From assembly GCA_049968255.1 (NCBI GenBank), contig JBMFRB010000004.1:64001-128000 (forward strand): a stretch of 64,000 bases of DNA, read 5' to 3'. The notes beneath the pieces are model-generated. The model made no database searches. It was given only the letters and a program-made list of their open reading frames with translations, and was not told the origin of the DNA. Shown here one piece after another: positions 30,565 to 40,269 of the stretch. Positions within the stretch are counted from its first letter, which is position 1. Each line of letters opens with the position of its first letter. Source of the stretch: Candidatus Sumerlaeaceae bacterium. Lineage in GTDB: Bacteria > Sumerlaeota > Sumerlaeia > Sumerlaeales > Sumerlaeaceae. The translations under genes were made by a program, and so were the position numbers.

Positions 30565-31704
30565 ATGGCTTCGATGGAAAAGCTGCCATTCGATATTCGT
30601 AGCGAGTTTCCCATCAAGGAGCAGTATGTGTTCTTGAATCACGCAGGCGTGGCACCCATCCCTGCGTCAACGCAAATGGCGATTTCCGAGTTTGCTCGCG
30701 ACGCTGCTGAAGAAGGCCCCGCAAACTATGCCGGATGGCTCCACGGTATGGCGCAGGCACGCGAGGCGGCAGGAGCATTGCTGCATTGCCGTCCGGATGA
30801 CATCTGCTTTGTTCATAACACCACGCATGGCATCTTAATTGTAGCAAATTCCATTCGCTGGGAGGAAGGCGACAACGTTGTCGGTTTCGAGCACGAGTTT
30901 CCTGCCAACATTCACCCCTGGCGAAACCTGCGCGAAAGGGGAGTGGAGCTCCGATTAGTTCCTGAGCGCCCGGATTTTCGCTATTCACTTGATGACTTAG
31001 TCGCAGCGATGGACGCACGCACTCGACTTGTCACGGTCTCGTGGGTGGAATACGGCACAGGCACACGGAACGATCTCGCAGCCATTGCTGACATTTGCCG
31101 TCAGCGCGGCGCACTGCTTTTCGTGGATGCTATCCAGGGGCTCGGTGTGCTGCCGATGGACGTCGAAGCCTTCGGAATCGATTTCCTCGCTGCTGACGGC
31201 CACAAATGGCTTTTGGCGCCCGAAGGCTGCGGCATACTCTACGTTCGTCCCGACCGCATCCAAGAACTCAATCACAGCATGTGCGGATGGTGTGGGCTGC
31301 GTAATCCTCAGGATTATGACAATTACGAGCAGGAATACAAACCTACTGCAAAACGTTTCGAGGAAGGGTCGCATAACCTCATGTCGATTCATGCGCTCGG
31401 ATGTTCGCTGCGCTTATTGCTCGATGTGGGGATTGACACGATCGCCGATCGTATCTTCGAACTCACCGAATGGCTCATAGATCGGGTTGTGGCTAAACGT
31501 TACGAACTTGTGACGCCGCGCCCGCGCCAACAGCGTGCGGGCATCGTTTGCGTGCGAAAAGACGGAGTGGCCCCGGCCGAGCTGGTCAAACAGCTTCAAG
31601 AGCAGAAGATTCTCGTCGCCGCGCGGCGCGGTTTTCTGCGCATTTCTCCACATTTCTACAATGACGAAGAGGAACTGAAACGCCTGGTGGATGTCATGCC
31701 ATAG
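30565..31704 (+). CDS. class V PLP-dependent aminotransferase-fold enzyme
   Basis: FLNHAG, EFPAN, VDAIQ, DGHKW, RFEEGS, RISPHFYN. Confidence 0.88.
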   Translation: MASMEKLPFDIRSEFPIKEQYVFLNHAGVAPIPASTQMAISEFARDAAEEGPANYAGWLHGMAQAREAAGALLHCRPDDICFVHNTTHGILIVANSIRWEEGDNVVGFEHEFPANIHPWRNLRERGVELRLVPERPDFRYSLDDLVAAMDARTRLVTVSWVEYGTGTRNDLAAIADICRQRGALLFVDAIQGLGVLPMDVEAFGIDFLAADGHKWLLAPEGCGILYVRPDRIQELNHSMCGWCGLRNPQDYDNYEQEYKPTAKRFEEGSHNLMSIHALGCSLRLLLDVGIDTIADRIFELTEWLIDRVVAKRYELVTPRPRQQRAGIVCVRKDGVAPAELVKQLQEQKILVAARRGFLRISPHFYNDEEELKRLVDVMP

Positions 31705-31982
31705 GCCGCAAAGTTCGGCATTGCCGAGGACAATGCTTTGCGTTTTGCTCTTGCATGCAGCGCTCTGTCCAGGACCGCTCGCCGCAAATCCGTCACCACA
31801 ATAGCCCTAAGCGGCTGTTTGTGCGAAACACGGGTCTGGTGCGCTGGTGAACGCCGCCGAAAACCAAGGCAGGATGCCCTTGAGAACGTAGTTTTAATAG
31901 TCGGGCGCGGCACGCCCCACCTTTTGCTCTAACAGCCGAAAGCTCAGTTGTTTTTTCTCACGCGCACCTGTGGAGAAAGCAA

Positions 31983-32840
31983 TCAATTCTTCTCGCCGAT
32001 CACTTCCAGATATTTTTCACGCAACTCCTGCCGCGCATTGAACAGCCGGCTCATCACTGTTCCGATGGGGATGTTCAGCGCATCGGCAATCTCTTTGTAC
32101 GAGTGATTGTGGAAGTGCTTCATGATAATAATTTCGCGAAAATCGGGCTTTAGTCGATTGATCGCTTCCCACAATTGCTCACGTTGCTGGTTCTGCTCGA
32201 ACTGTTCGCGCGGGTTAGGTCGATGTTCGCGGAACTGCATGTACTGCTCTTCTTCGAGCTCATCAATCGAGTCGTTGCGCATCCGCGAGCTTTTCTTGAT
32301 GTAATTCAAGCAGTGGTTTTTGATGATTTTGTAGAACCACGGGAAGAAAGGAGAGTTCAGGTCGAACGTTTTGATCGCCTTAAACGCTTTGACGAAAGCA
32401 TCCTGCGACAAGTCCAACGCGTCTTCGTGATTGTTGACAAAACTCATCGCTGTGTAGTAGGCTTTGCGTTTGTATGCGTTGACGAGCTCTTCAAAAGCTT
32501 CGCGATCGCCTTCCTGCACTCGTCGGATAATCTCGCGCTCCTGCTCGGGTGTGAGAAACTGCTCGGGTCCCAGCAAGGCGTCGAGGTCACCTCGTTCCGG
32601 CATTTCGTGAGGCGGCTCAGGCACGCCGCTCGGTTCCTCGCTGGCTTGGTGCAACAGCGCGAGTTCCGGAGCCTTCGTCACCGCGACCGGCTCCTCCTGC
32701 TTAGCTTCTTTGACGCGCTGAAAGGTTTTGAGCTTGCTCACTACGCTCTTCTTGTTACTCTTTCGGGCGTTTTTTTTAGGTTTTTTCGTCAAGAGAGTGT
32801 CAACCATCTCGATAGCTTCTTTCACGGTTATTAGGCTCAT
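31983..32840 (-). CDS. ECF sigma-70 factor with N-terminal extension
   Basis: GDREAFEELV, DALDLSQDAF, WFYKI..N, SYKEIA..GTVMSRL. Confidence 0.9.
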   Translation of the reverse strand: MSLITVKEAIEMVDTLLTKKPKKNARKSNKKSVVSKLKTFQRVKEAKQEEPVAVTKAPELALLHQASEEPSGVPEPPHEMPERGDLDALLGPEQFLTPEQEREIIRRVQEGDREAFEELVNAYKRKAYYTAMSFVNNHEDALDLSQDAFVKAFKAIKTFDLNSPFFPWFYKIIKNHCLNYIKKSSRMRNDSIDELEEEQYMQFREHRPNPREQFEQNQQREQLWEAINRLKPDFREIIIMKHFHNHSYKEIADALNIPIGTVMSRLFNARQELREKYLEVIGEKN

Positions 32841-33188
32841 TTCCCCCTCCCTCCTTCAAGTTCGTTTTTCCCTTCGGAGAAAGCAGAAAATATGCCATCA
32901 CCGTGAGACTTGCCGCTCGCGGCTGCTTATTGCCCCTTTGAGAAGCTTACTGGCAGGTCTTGCGGTCAAGACAAGTCGGCAATGCATTAGAATAGCAACA
33001 CTTAAGATATGTCTTCTGGCAGCAAATCCCGTGGGCCTCACCTCACCGCCTTCGGCGATGCTTTTGCTTGCCCGTCGACCACGAAATTACCATTGTTCAA
33101 AAAGGGCGCACTTTGTCCTGTTTGTGGACCAAATTGCCCAGCTTAGAAAAGAACAAAACTCACCTTATAGCGGCACCCTAGCCCTGTG

Positions 33189-33647
33189 CTATTCCTGATA
33201 CTCTTCGTACCGCCCACCACGTGTCCAGTCGTCGTACTCATCCCAATACCAGGCACTCCGACTTGAGCCACAGTAATGACCGCGCGGGTATTTCGCTTCC
33301 GCTTTAGAGTTGGGCCACAAGCGCGGATGGTAAAAGGGATAATACTTCGGGCTAAGACCCTCGTAGCGATTGTAGCTGGCGGGAAAATAGTAGGTGGGCC
33401 CGTAATCATCGTGGAGCGCAAAACCTTGTCCGACGTGACGGCGCGCCACCGGCAGCGGGGCCTCGCGCTCGCCTTGATTATTCCCGGCCGGCGGACCGAT
33501 CCTCTTCGGGGGAATCTGTGCCACCCCGGCCGGTTCACAGATGCTCTTACCTCTAGGCAATTCCCCGCCACCCAGCGCGACACTAACACATATCATTAGC
33601 ACCGCGACAACCACTCTTGCGCGACGAATTGTCACACCTGGCTTCAT
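33189..33647 (-). CDS. hypothetical exported Tyr/Pro-rich protein
   Basis: AAGGA RBS, signal-peptide-like N-terminus. Confidence 0.6.
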   Translation of the reverse strand: MKPGVTIRRARVVVAVLMICVSVALGGGELPRGKSICEPAGVAQIPPKRIGPPAGNNQGEREAPLPVARRHVGQGFALHDDYGPTYYFPASYNRYEGLSPKYYPFYHPRLWPNSKAEAKYPRGHYCGSSRSAWYWDEYDDWTRGGRYEEYQE

Positions 33648-33812
33648 TTTTTGTCCTTTTTCCTTGTTACGCGAGCCAATTCACGCCGCTTTCCAATGCT
33701 CTGTCAACGAGAGAACGTCGTGCCAAAACGTAAAAGCCATGCCCACGCGTAAATTTTCCTCCGGGTACCTGAGAAAACGCTTGAGCAATCTCCTTGTCTC
33801 GACGCAATCACA

Positions 33813-33827
33813 TGGCACACACTTTGC
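33813..33827 (+). promoter_or_regulatory. candidate sigma-54 (-24/-12) promoter
   Basis: TGGCAC-acact-TTGC with exact spacing, 55 nt before ATG 33882. Confidence 0.6.
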
Positions 33828-33881
33828 CCAACCAAAGTCCGACAAGTGTGATTTTTGCCCAGACGAGGCAAGAGATTACCA

Positions 33882-34595
33882 ATGGACGTCTCAAGGAATG
33901 TTGTGATGATCAAAGCCCGGACAGCCAGCTTCGGCCTCAGCATTTTCCTGACTTTCTTTGCGAGCACGCAAGTCGCACTCCGTGCCCAATGCTCCAGTCC
34001 ACCCCTTCCCTTCTTCGACGCCGCCAAATCCGGCGAACGGCCATCCCAGTACCAACCGAATCAGATTTGTCCGCCGCGTCCGAAGGTGGACTATACCGAG
34101 GACGGACAGCCGATCCTCATCAAGCGCTACCCGGTGAATAGTCGCCAGTCAATTCTCCATTTCCGGAAATATCCCTACTATGCAAACACACAAGGTGTTG
34201 AGCACATCCAGCGCGGTGCACGCCTCAAGCGTCAGCCTGAAGTTGTGCTTTCTGAAGATCAAAAAGCCATTCTCCGTGCCTGGGGGCAGCCAGACTATCT
34301 TCGCGGCCCTTATCGCAGTAGCCGCGGCGACACGGTGATCGAGTGGGCCTACCATCGGCTTAACCACCTGTTCCAGTTCGTTGACGGAACTATGGTCTTC
34401 GAGGGACCACTTACCGATCAGGAGAGAACAGTCCTGACCTACGGGCTCCCGCGCGAGATCCTCTCGAGCACCGTCGCACCTAATATCCGCCGAGAAACGT
34501 GGTTTTACAATTCGTCTTGGCACCCCAATAAGGAAATGGTGTTCAGCTTTGCCAACGGCAAATTGGTGTTTGCAGACGAGAACTACTCGCACTGA
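33882..34595 (+). CDS. hypothetical exported protein with two BamE/SmpA-like repeats
   Basis: Signal-like N-terminus; WGQPD..EWAY..FQFVDG and YGLPR..ETWFY..FSFANGKL. Confidence 0.7.
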   Translation: MDVSRNVVMIKARTASFGLSIFLTFFASTQVALRAQCSSPPLPFFDAAKSGERPSQYQPNQICPPRPKVDYTEDGQPILIKRYPVNSRQSILHFRKYPYYANTQGVEHIQRGARLKRQPEVVLSEDQKAILRAWGQPDYLRGPYRSSRGDTVIEWAYHRLNHLFQFVDGTMVFEGPLTDQERTVLTYGLPREILSSTVAPNIRRETWFYNSSWHPNKEMVFSFANGKLVFADENYSH

Positions 34596-34622
34596 ACCTC
34601 GTGCGGTCCAAAAGCTTGCTCA

Positions 34623-36224
34623 ATGAGACGAAAGGAAGTGGTTATGGCTGAGTTACAGGGCAGGATTAGCCTCTTGCTCAGGAAGGAGAAATTGCCGCTC
34701 TTGCTCTTTTTTGGCATTGCAGCGGCACTGATGTTGAGCTGCACGGACATTTGTGCAGCGCGGCCGTTGGAGGGCCGCCGTGAAGCGCTGGCCCTACTTG
34801 CCCAAGGCCAAGAAGCTTTGAAAGCGGGAAGAGTCACCCAGGCTGTTGAGCTCCTGAGTCGCTCCGTTGAGATCGCGCCCTCTCCCGCAGCATATTACTT
34901 GCTGGGGCAGGCGTTGCGAAAAGCCGGCCAAAAGCAAAAGGCACGGGAAGCCTTCGAAAAAGCGATCGAGCTCAATCCCAACTACGAGCTGGCTAAACAA
35001 GCCCTGAATGAAATAGGGAGCAAAACACCACCCTCTGCAAATTCGGGTGCCGAGGCCACGAATTTTGACGCGGTGGTCAGCGAACACGAGACTCTGGATT
35101 CGCTCAAGCCAGGAGACAACGAGGAAGTAAAAGATACCAAGCCCACAATCTTGGCTGTGGGAGCTTTGCTTCCAAAGCCGAAACAACTGGCCAGTGCGTC
35201 GGCTGCCCCAATCCCCAATCCACCATCTACCGTTCGCAATGGAACAGCCCGCGACGCTGTTATTCCTCAGCGGCCTGTTGAGATAATTCAAGAAGTGCCT
35301 GTGCGGGAAATTGTTTCGGCCGGCGTGGCGCCAGGAAAAGAGCGAGGACGATCGGCCATGGCATCGGACAGTAGCCAAGAAAACACCTCCGAGGGCGTCA
35401 AGAAATTCAGTTTATGGCGCGGCAAGAAGGAGCAGCCTATCTCCGCAGCGCGCCACGACACCCAGTCGAGTCGTAAATCGGTCAGCACCCCGCCATCAAC
35501 CCGTGCGTCTTCCCCACCAGAAGTCGAATCAAACCCGATGTCTGCTCTGCAACGCACGGCCCCCGATGCGCGGGCCATCAATGAAGCCGCCTTTTCCTCT
35601 GATGACCAAGGGGCGCAAAAACGCGCAAAGCGCTACGGCAATCCTACGAAGATACTCTTGGGCACTTTCGAGTTTCATAAGGAGAAAGGCGACACCTACC
35701 GTCGCGCTCAGCGCTGGACCGAAGCTGCCGATGAATACCAGCAGGCGCTCGAAAAGAACCCTGACGACGCAGAAACACGTGCGATGCTTGCCGAATGCCT
35801 TGCTCGCGCTGGCGAAGTTGACGTTGCCGAACAGCAGTTCCGCCGGGCCCTCGAAATGGACCCCGGCGATCCACGTGTTTTCTTCCGAATGGGCAACACT
35901 TATCGCGAACTCAAGCGTCTCGACGATGCAATCTCGGCCTACCGTCAGGCGCTTGCCGCTAACCCCAATGACGTGGTGATCCGCAACAATCTCGGCGTCG
36001 TCTACATGGAAAAGGGGCAATACACTAAGGCGGCGCAGGAGTTCAAAAGCGTGATCGCGACAAATCCTAAATACGACAAGGCAGTTCTCAACCTTGGAAT
36101 TCTTTACGACGAACATCTGGGGGATAAAAAACAGGCGCTTCAGTACTACCAGATGTACGTCCAGCTAGGCGGCCCTCGCGCTCGCGAGGTTCAAAAGTGG
36201 ATCGAAGAACTCCAGAGTAAGTGA
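34623..36224 (+). CDS. exported TPR-repeat protein with a long disordered linker
   Basis: N-terminal TPRs (AYYLLG, AIELNPNY) and a C-terminal TPR array (NNLGVVY, LNLGILYD). Confidence 0.88.
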   Translation: MRRKEVVMAELQGRISLLLRKEKLPLLLFFGIAAALMLSCTDICAARPLEGRREALALLAQGQEALKAGRVTQAVELLSRSVEIAPSPAAYYLLGQALRKAGQKQKAREAFEKAIELNPNYELAKQALNEIGSKTPPSANSGAEATNFDAVVSEHETLDSLKPGDNEEVKDTKPTILAVGALLPKPKQLASASAAPIPNPPSTVRNGTARDAVIPQRPVEIIQEVPVREIVSAGVAPGKERGRSAMASDSSQENTSEGVKKFSLWRGKKEQPISAARHDTQSSRKSVSTPPSTRASSPPEVESNPMSALQRTAPDARAINEAAFSSDDQGAQKRAKRYGNPTKILLGTFEFHKEKGDTYRRAQRWTEAADEYQQALEKNPDDAETRAMLAECLARAGEVDVAEQQFRRALEMDPGDPRVFFRMGNTYRELKRLDDAISAYRQALAANPNDVVIRNNLGVVYMEKGQYTKAAQEFKSVIATNPKYDKAVLNLGILYDEHLGDKKQALQYYQMYVQLGGPRAREVQKWIEELQSK

Positions 36225-36289
36225 GCCAAAATTAACGTGCGCTGCTCGGAATCAGCAGCCCACATGACCAAAAGAGAAGAAATGCTACC

Positions 36290-37624
36290 ATGAAACATGC
36301 TTCGTGCGTTTGGATTGTCCCGTCTTGCATTGGTGTTTATTTGCTATCATGTTTTCTTATCGCGACACCCGCATTCTCCCAGCCAAAGCCTAGCGCAGCC
36401 GCTGGAGCTTTGCGAGTCGCTTCAGAACGTAGCGCCCGCCCGAGGGGTGATCTGAGCACCGCCTCGCTGCTGCGTAGACCCGCTCGACCAACCACAACGT
36501 CGCTTTTGAGGAGTGCACTGCTTACCTCCCCCTCGATTTCTCGGCGACCCTTTACAACGACTTCCTTGGCTCGTGGCGGCATGACAACCCAAGCACTCCT
36601 CCAGGCGAGGCTTGCTCATGCTGCGGAGCGTAAATCCCATGGGCATAAATTCGCTCCCATGGCGCCCGAGGTCCTGCGCGCCTTTGTCACCCCAACCAGC
36701 GCCCCTCAATCACTCGATCGCGTTATCTCTCTGCTGCACAGCAGCAATCGTCGCTCCACTGTCGAGACCTGTCACTGCCCAGCTCACCCACTCGGCGGCA
36801 TTGACCGAGAAGCGCGGGTTGTGGATGAAATTGCGGCGACGACTCAGCCCTGCATTCTTGTGGATGCCGGTGGTTATTTGCGCTTGCCGCCAAACGAACG
36901 AAGTAAAATGGGAGCCGCCATTGCCCTTGAAGCAATTACCAAAATGGGTATTCACGCTGTAAACGTAGGCGTCACAGACCTTGCTGCCGGCGTGGAATTC
37001 TTCCGCGATTTGCAAACAAGCTTCTCCGTGCCTTTTGTTTCGGCGAACATTGTCGACAAGGATGGTAAGCGTGTCTTTGCCTCTCACTCCCTACTCCCGG
37101 TTCGGCTTCGCGACGGAAAGAAAGTCACGGTTGCCATTGTCGGTGTGACGCGTCCAAACAAGCCCGGCGAAAATCTGCCACGGGTTGGGGCAGCACCAGA
37201 AGACCTCAGGATAACCGATCCGAAAAAAACACTCGAAAAACTTATCCCTGAGCTGCGGAAAAAAGCGGATGTGGTCATTCTCCTCGCCTACTACACGCGC
37301 GAAGAAGCCCCTGAACTCATTGGCGGATTGCCACCTCAGGCGAAGCCCGATGTTGTCGTGTGCGGCGATTTCACGATCGGTCAGCCGCGCGATTACTACC
37401 TTGCTAATCTTGCGGAAGTAGACGACGTCTATTACCTGACTGGCGGCTTCGAAGGACGCCAGCTCGGACATGCGATGTTGTTGTTCGACAAGAGAAACAG
37501 AGTCGAGAAAGTCTTCGCGAAGCTCATCGAGATCGAGCAGACCATTCCGCCAAAGCCTTCGTTCACCCATTTCGTCGAAGAGTATCAGAAACTCATGATG
37601 CGCCTTTTGAGCGAAGGCAAATAG
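36290..37624 (+). CDS. exported UshA/5'-nucleotidase N-domain-like protein with CxC motif and degenerate metal site
   Basis: LLHSSN..ETCHC..GGIDR, LVDAGG, PFVSANI, VAIVG, KADVVILL, PDVVV, GRQLG. Confidence 0.75.
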   Translation: MKHASCVWIVPSCIGVYLLSCFLIATPAFSQPKPSAAAGALRVASERSARPRGDLSTASLLRRPARPTTTSLLRSALLTSPSISRRPFTTTSLARGGMTTQALLQARLAHAAERKSHGHKFAPMAPEVLRAFVTPTSAPQSLDRVISLLHSSNRRSTVETCHCPAHPLGGIDREARVVDEIAATTQPCILVDAGGYLRLPPNERSKMGAAIALEAITKMGIHAVNVGVTDLAAGVEFFRDLQTSFSVPFVSANIVDKDGKRVFASHSLLPVRLRDGKKVTVAIVGVTRPNKPGENLPRVGAAPEDLRITDPKKTLEKLIPELRKKADVVILLAYYTREEAPELIGGLPPQAKPDVVVCGDFTIGQPRDYYLANLAEVDDVYYLTGGFEGRQLGHAMLLFDKRNRVEKVFAKLIEIEQTIPPKPSFTHFVEEYQKLMMRLLSEGK

Positions 37625-37843
37625 AGTATGGGCCGTCGCGGGCCAAGGTTCGCGACGAACAGAGGTAAAACGCTGCCTGCGAGTGAATACGAAGATGCAA
37701 ATTTGGTTTTCATAAACGTGTATGCGCTCGCTTTTCGCCTTTCTAACCGAAACGGCCGTGAGGCCGTTTTCTGTTGTCAGGACAAAAACTGAGCACAGCT
37801 GGGCGCAGTTCGCCTCACATTCCATACAGAGAGAAAGGATGCT

Positions 37844-40030
37844 ATGACACCACAGACGCTGTTCTACGTTGTGATGGCTATCTCGGTGTTGGGGTTGGCC
37901 GTCTCTTTCATTCTCGCCAAATGGGTGCTGGCACACGACACTGGCACCGACGCTATGCGCGTCATTTCTGACGCAATCAAAGAAGGGGCGGAAGCGTTTC
38001 TCAAACGCCAATACAAAACGATCTTCGCTCTTTCCATCCTGTTAGCTGTTCTGCTCGCTGCCTTCTACTATCACGAAAAGGGCTCCGAGCTCGCAGTGCG
38101 CACGCTCGTCTCTTTTCTTTTCGGCGCGTTCTGTTCTGGTTTTGCCGGTTTCATCGGCATGTACATTTCTATTCGCTCCAACATCCGCACTGCCTCCGCT
38201 GCAACGAAAGACCTTAATAGCGCGCTGCGCATAGCGCTGCGCGGCGGCGCGGTTTCGGGCATCATGGTTGTCGCGATGTCACTTTTGGGTGTCGGCTTAC
38301 TCTTCTGGTTTTTCGACGGCTTGAAGCACCCCGACGTCGTTCCGCTCCAAATTGTTGGCTATGGCTTTGGTGCCTCGTTTGTGGCCCTCTTTGCTCAGCT
38401 TGGTGGGGGAATTTACACGAAGGCGGCCGATGTCGGAGCCGACTTGGTAGGAAAAGTCGAGGCAGGGATCCCTGAAGACGACCCACGTAACCCCGCGGTG
38501 ATTGCCGACCTTGTCGGGGACAATGTGGGCGACTGCGCCGGTCGTGGTGCCGATCTCTTCGAATCCACCGCCGCTGAGAATATCGGCGCAATGATTCTCG
38601 GAATTGCCCTCTACAAGGTCACCGGCGATCACGGTCCCGTCTTTGGTCTTGGCGCCATTATCTTCCCCCTCTTCGCGCGTGCTCTCGGTCTCATCGCTTC
38701 CATCATCGGCGTTTACTCAGTAAAGGTCAAAGGAAGCGAGCAGGAGGGGTGGGAAGATCCAATGGCTGCGCTCAATCGTGGGTATCTTGTCACCACGATT
38801 CTCGCCATCATCGGATTCTATCTTGCTGTCCACTTGCTCCTAAAAGGTGAAATCTACTTCTTCCTCGCCGGGTTGGTGGGAATTCTCTGCTCCTATGCTT
38901 TTGTCTGGATCACCCAATACTATACCGAGTACCGCTACCGGCCTGTCCGATGGATTGCTGATTCCTGCCAGACTGGCCCAGCAACCACAATCATTAGCGG
39001 GTTGTCGGTCGGCATGGAGTGCACCGCGATCCCTGTGCTTGTTATTTCCGCTGCGCTTATGCTCACCTACAAATTTGGCCAACTCGGTATGCTCTCCGTG
39101 CTCGGGGGCTGGGGGGGCTTGGAAAAAGCCGGCATCTCACCCACGGCGGCAGGGCTCTATGGCACCGCAATTGCCACCATGGGCATGCTTTCCACGGCGG
39201 CATATATTCTAGCGATGGACACGTTTGGTCCGATTACGGACAACGCTGGTGGTATCGTTGAAATGAGCCAACAGCCCCAGAGCATCCGCGAGAAAACGGA
39301 CCGCCTCGATGCTGTCGGTAACACCACAAAGGCGCTCACCAAAGGCTATGCCGTTGGTTCTGCTGCGCTCGCAGCGTTCCTCCTGTTCCAAGCATATATT
39401 GATGAAGTAAACGAATACCTCAAGCATGCTGGACGGGCCATCATGACAACCGTAGATTTGGGTCATGTGCCTGTGTTCGTCGGCGGAATGATTGGGGCAA
39501 TGCTTGTTTTCCTCTTCTCTGCGCTGGCGATCCGCGCGGTTGGTCGGGCCGCTCAGTCGGTTATCGTCGAGGTCCGTCGTCAGTTCCGCGAGCGACCAGG
39601 TATCATGAAAGGTACTGAAAAGCCCGATTACGCCACCTGCGTGGACATCGTGACGAAGGCAGCCCTCCGTCAGATGGTTTTGCCAGGCATCCTGCCGGTC
39701 GTCGTACCAGCCGCGCTCGGTTTTGGTTTGAAATTTTACACGAAAGAGGGCGTGGCTCCGCAGTCTGTTGCAGCTCTGCTTATGGTTGGCACCATTGCGG
39801 GCATTCTCATGGCGCTATTCATGAACAACGGTGGTGGTGCATGGGATAACGCCAAAAAGTATATCGAAACGGGGGCTTACGGCGGCAAGGGCAGCGATGC
39901 GCACAAGGCGGCAGTCGTGGGCGACACCGTCGGCGATCCGTTCAAGGATACAGCCGGTCCCTCGCTTCACGTGCTGATCAAACTCCTCAGCACCATCACT
40001 CTGGTACTCGCGCCACTTTTTATCCGGTAA
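37844..40030 (+). CDS. hppA: membrane pyrophosphatase with the K+-independent (H+-pumping) signature
   Basis: GGIYTKAADVGADLVGKVE, EDDPRN, DNAGG, GNTTKA (Lys), GDTVGDPFKD. Confidence 0.96.
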   Translation: MTPQTLFYVVMAISVLGLAVSFILAKWVLAHDTGTDAMRVISDAIKEGAEAFLKRQYKTIFALSILLAVLLAAFYYHEKGSELAVRTLVSFLFGAFCSGFAGFIGMYISIRSNIRTASAATKDLNSALRIALRGGAVSGIMVVAMSLLGVGLLFWFFDGLKHPDVVPLQIVGYGFGASFVALFAQLGGGIYTKAADVGADLVGKVEAGIPEDDPRNPAVIADLVGDNVGDCAGRGADLFESTAAENIGAMILGIALYKVTGDHGPVFGLGAIIFPLFARALGLIASIIGVYSVKVKGSEQEGWEDPMAALNRGYLVTTILAIIGFYLAVHLLLKGEIYFFLAGLVGILCSYAFVWITQYYTEYRYRPVRWIADSCQTGPATTIISGLSVGMECTAIPVLVISAALMLTYKFGQLGMLSVLGGWGGLEKAGISPTAAGLYGTAIATMGMLSTAAYILAMDTFGPITDNAGGIVEMSQQPQSIREKTDRLDAVGNTTKALTKGYAVGSAALAAFLLFQAYIDEVNEYLKHAGRAIMTTVDLGHVPVFVGGMIGAMLVFLFSALAIRAVGRAAQSVIVEVRRQFRERPGIMKGTEKPDYATCVDIVTKAALRQMVLPGILPVVVPAALGFGLKFYTKEGVAPQSVAALLMVGTIAGILMALFMNNGGGAWDNAKKYIETGAYGGKGSDAHKAAVVGDTVGDPFKDTAGPSLHVLIKLLSTITLVLAPLFIR

Positions 40031-40056
40031 CTAAGATCTCGCCGCTAACAGTGTGA

Positions 40057-40095
40057 GCCCGGCTTCAGCTGCTAGTTGAAGCCGGGCCTCCTTTT
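40057..40095 (+). terminator. intrinsic terminator after hppA
   Basis: GCCCGGCTTCA/TGAAGCCGGGC 11-bp stem, then CTCCTTTT. Confidence 0.75.
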
Positions 40096-40269
40096 GAAAA
40101 GAGGATGCTGCGTTCTAAGAGCTTCGTGCGACAGTCCAGCGTCATTGCAGGATCTTCACGTGCACGGTTTTCGATGCTTGACCCATTGACCTGCACTCGA
40201 ATTGACTGACGCGAGATTTGCACAGCCACCTAGCACATAAGAAATGTTTGAATAAGGAGATGGCTTTAG

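Noticed and set aside
36760-36800. Selenocysteine recoding in the UshA-like gene
   Set aside because: Both positions are Cys codons (TGT, TGC); no in-frame TGA
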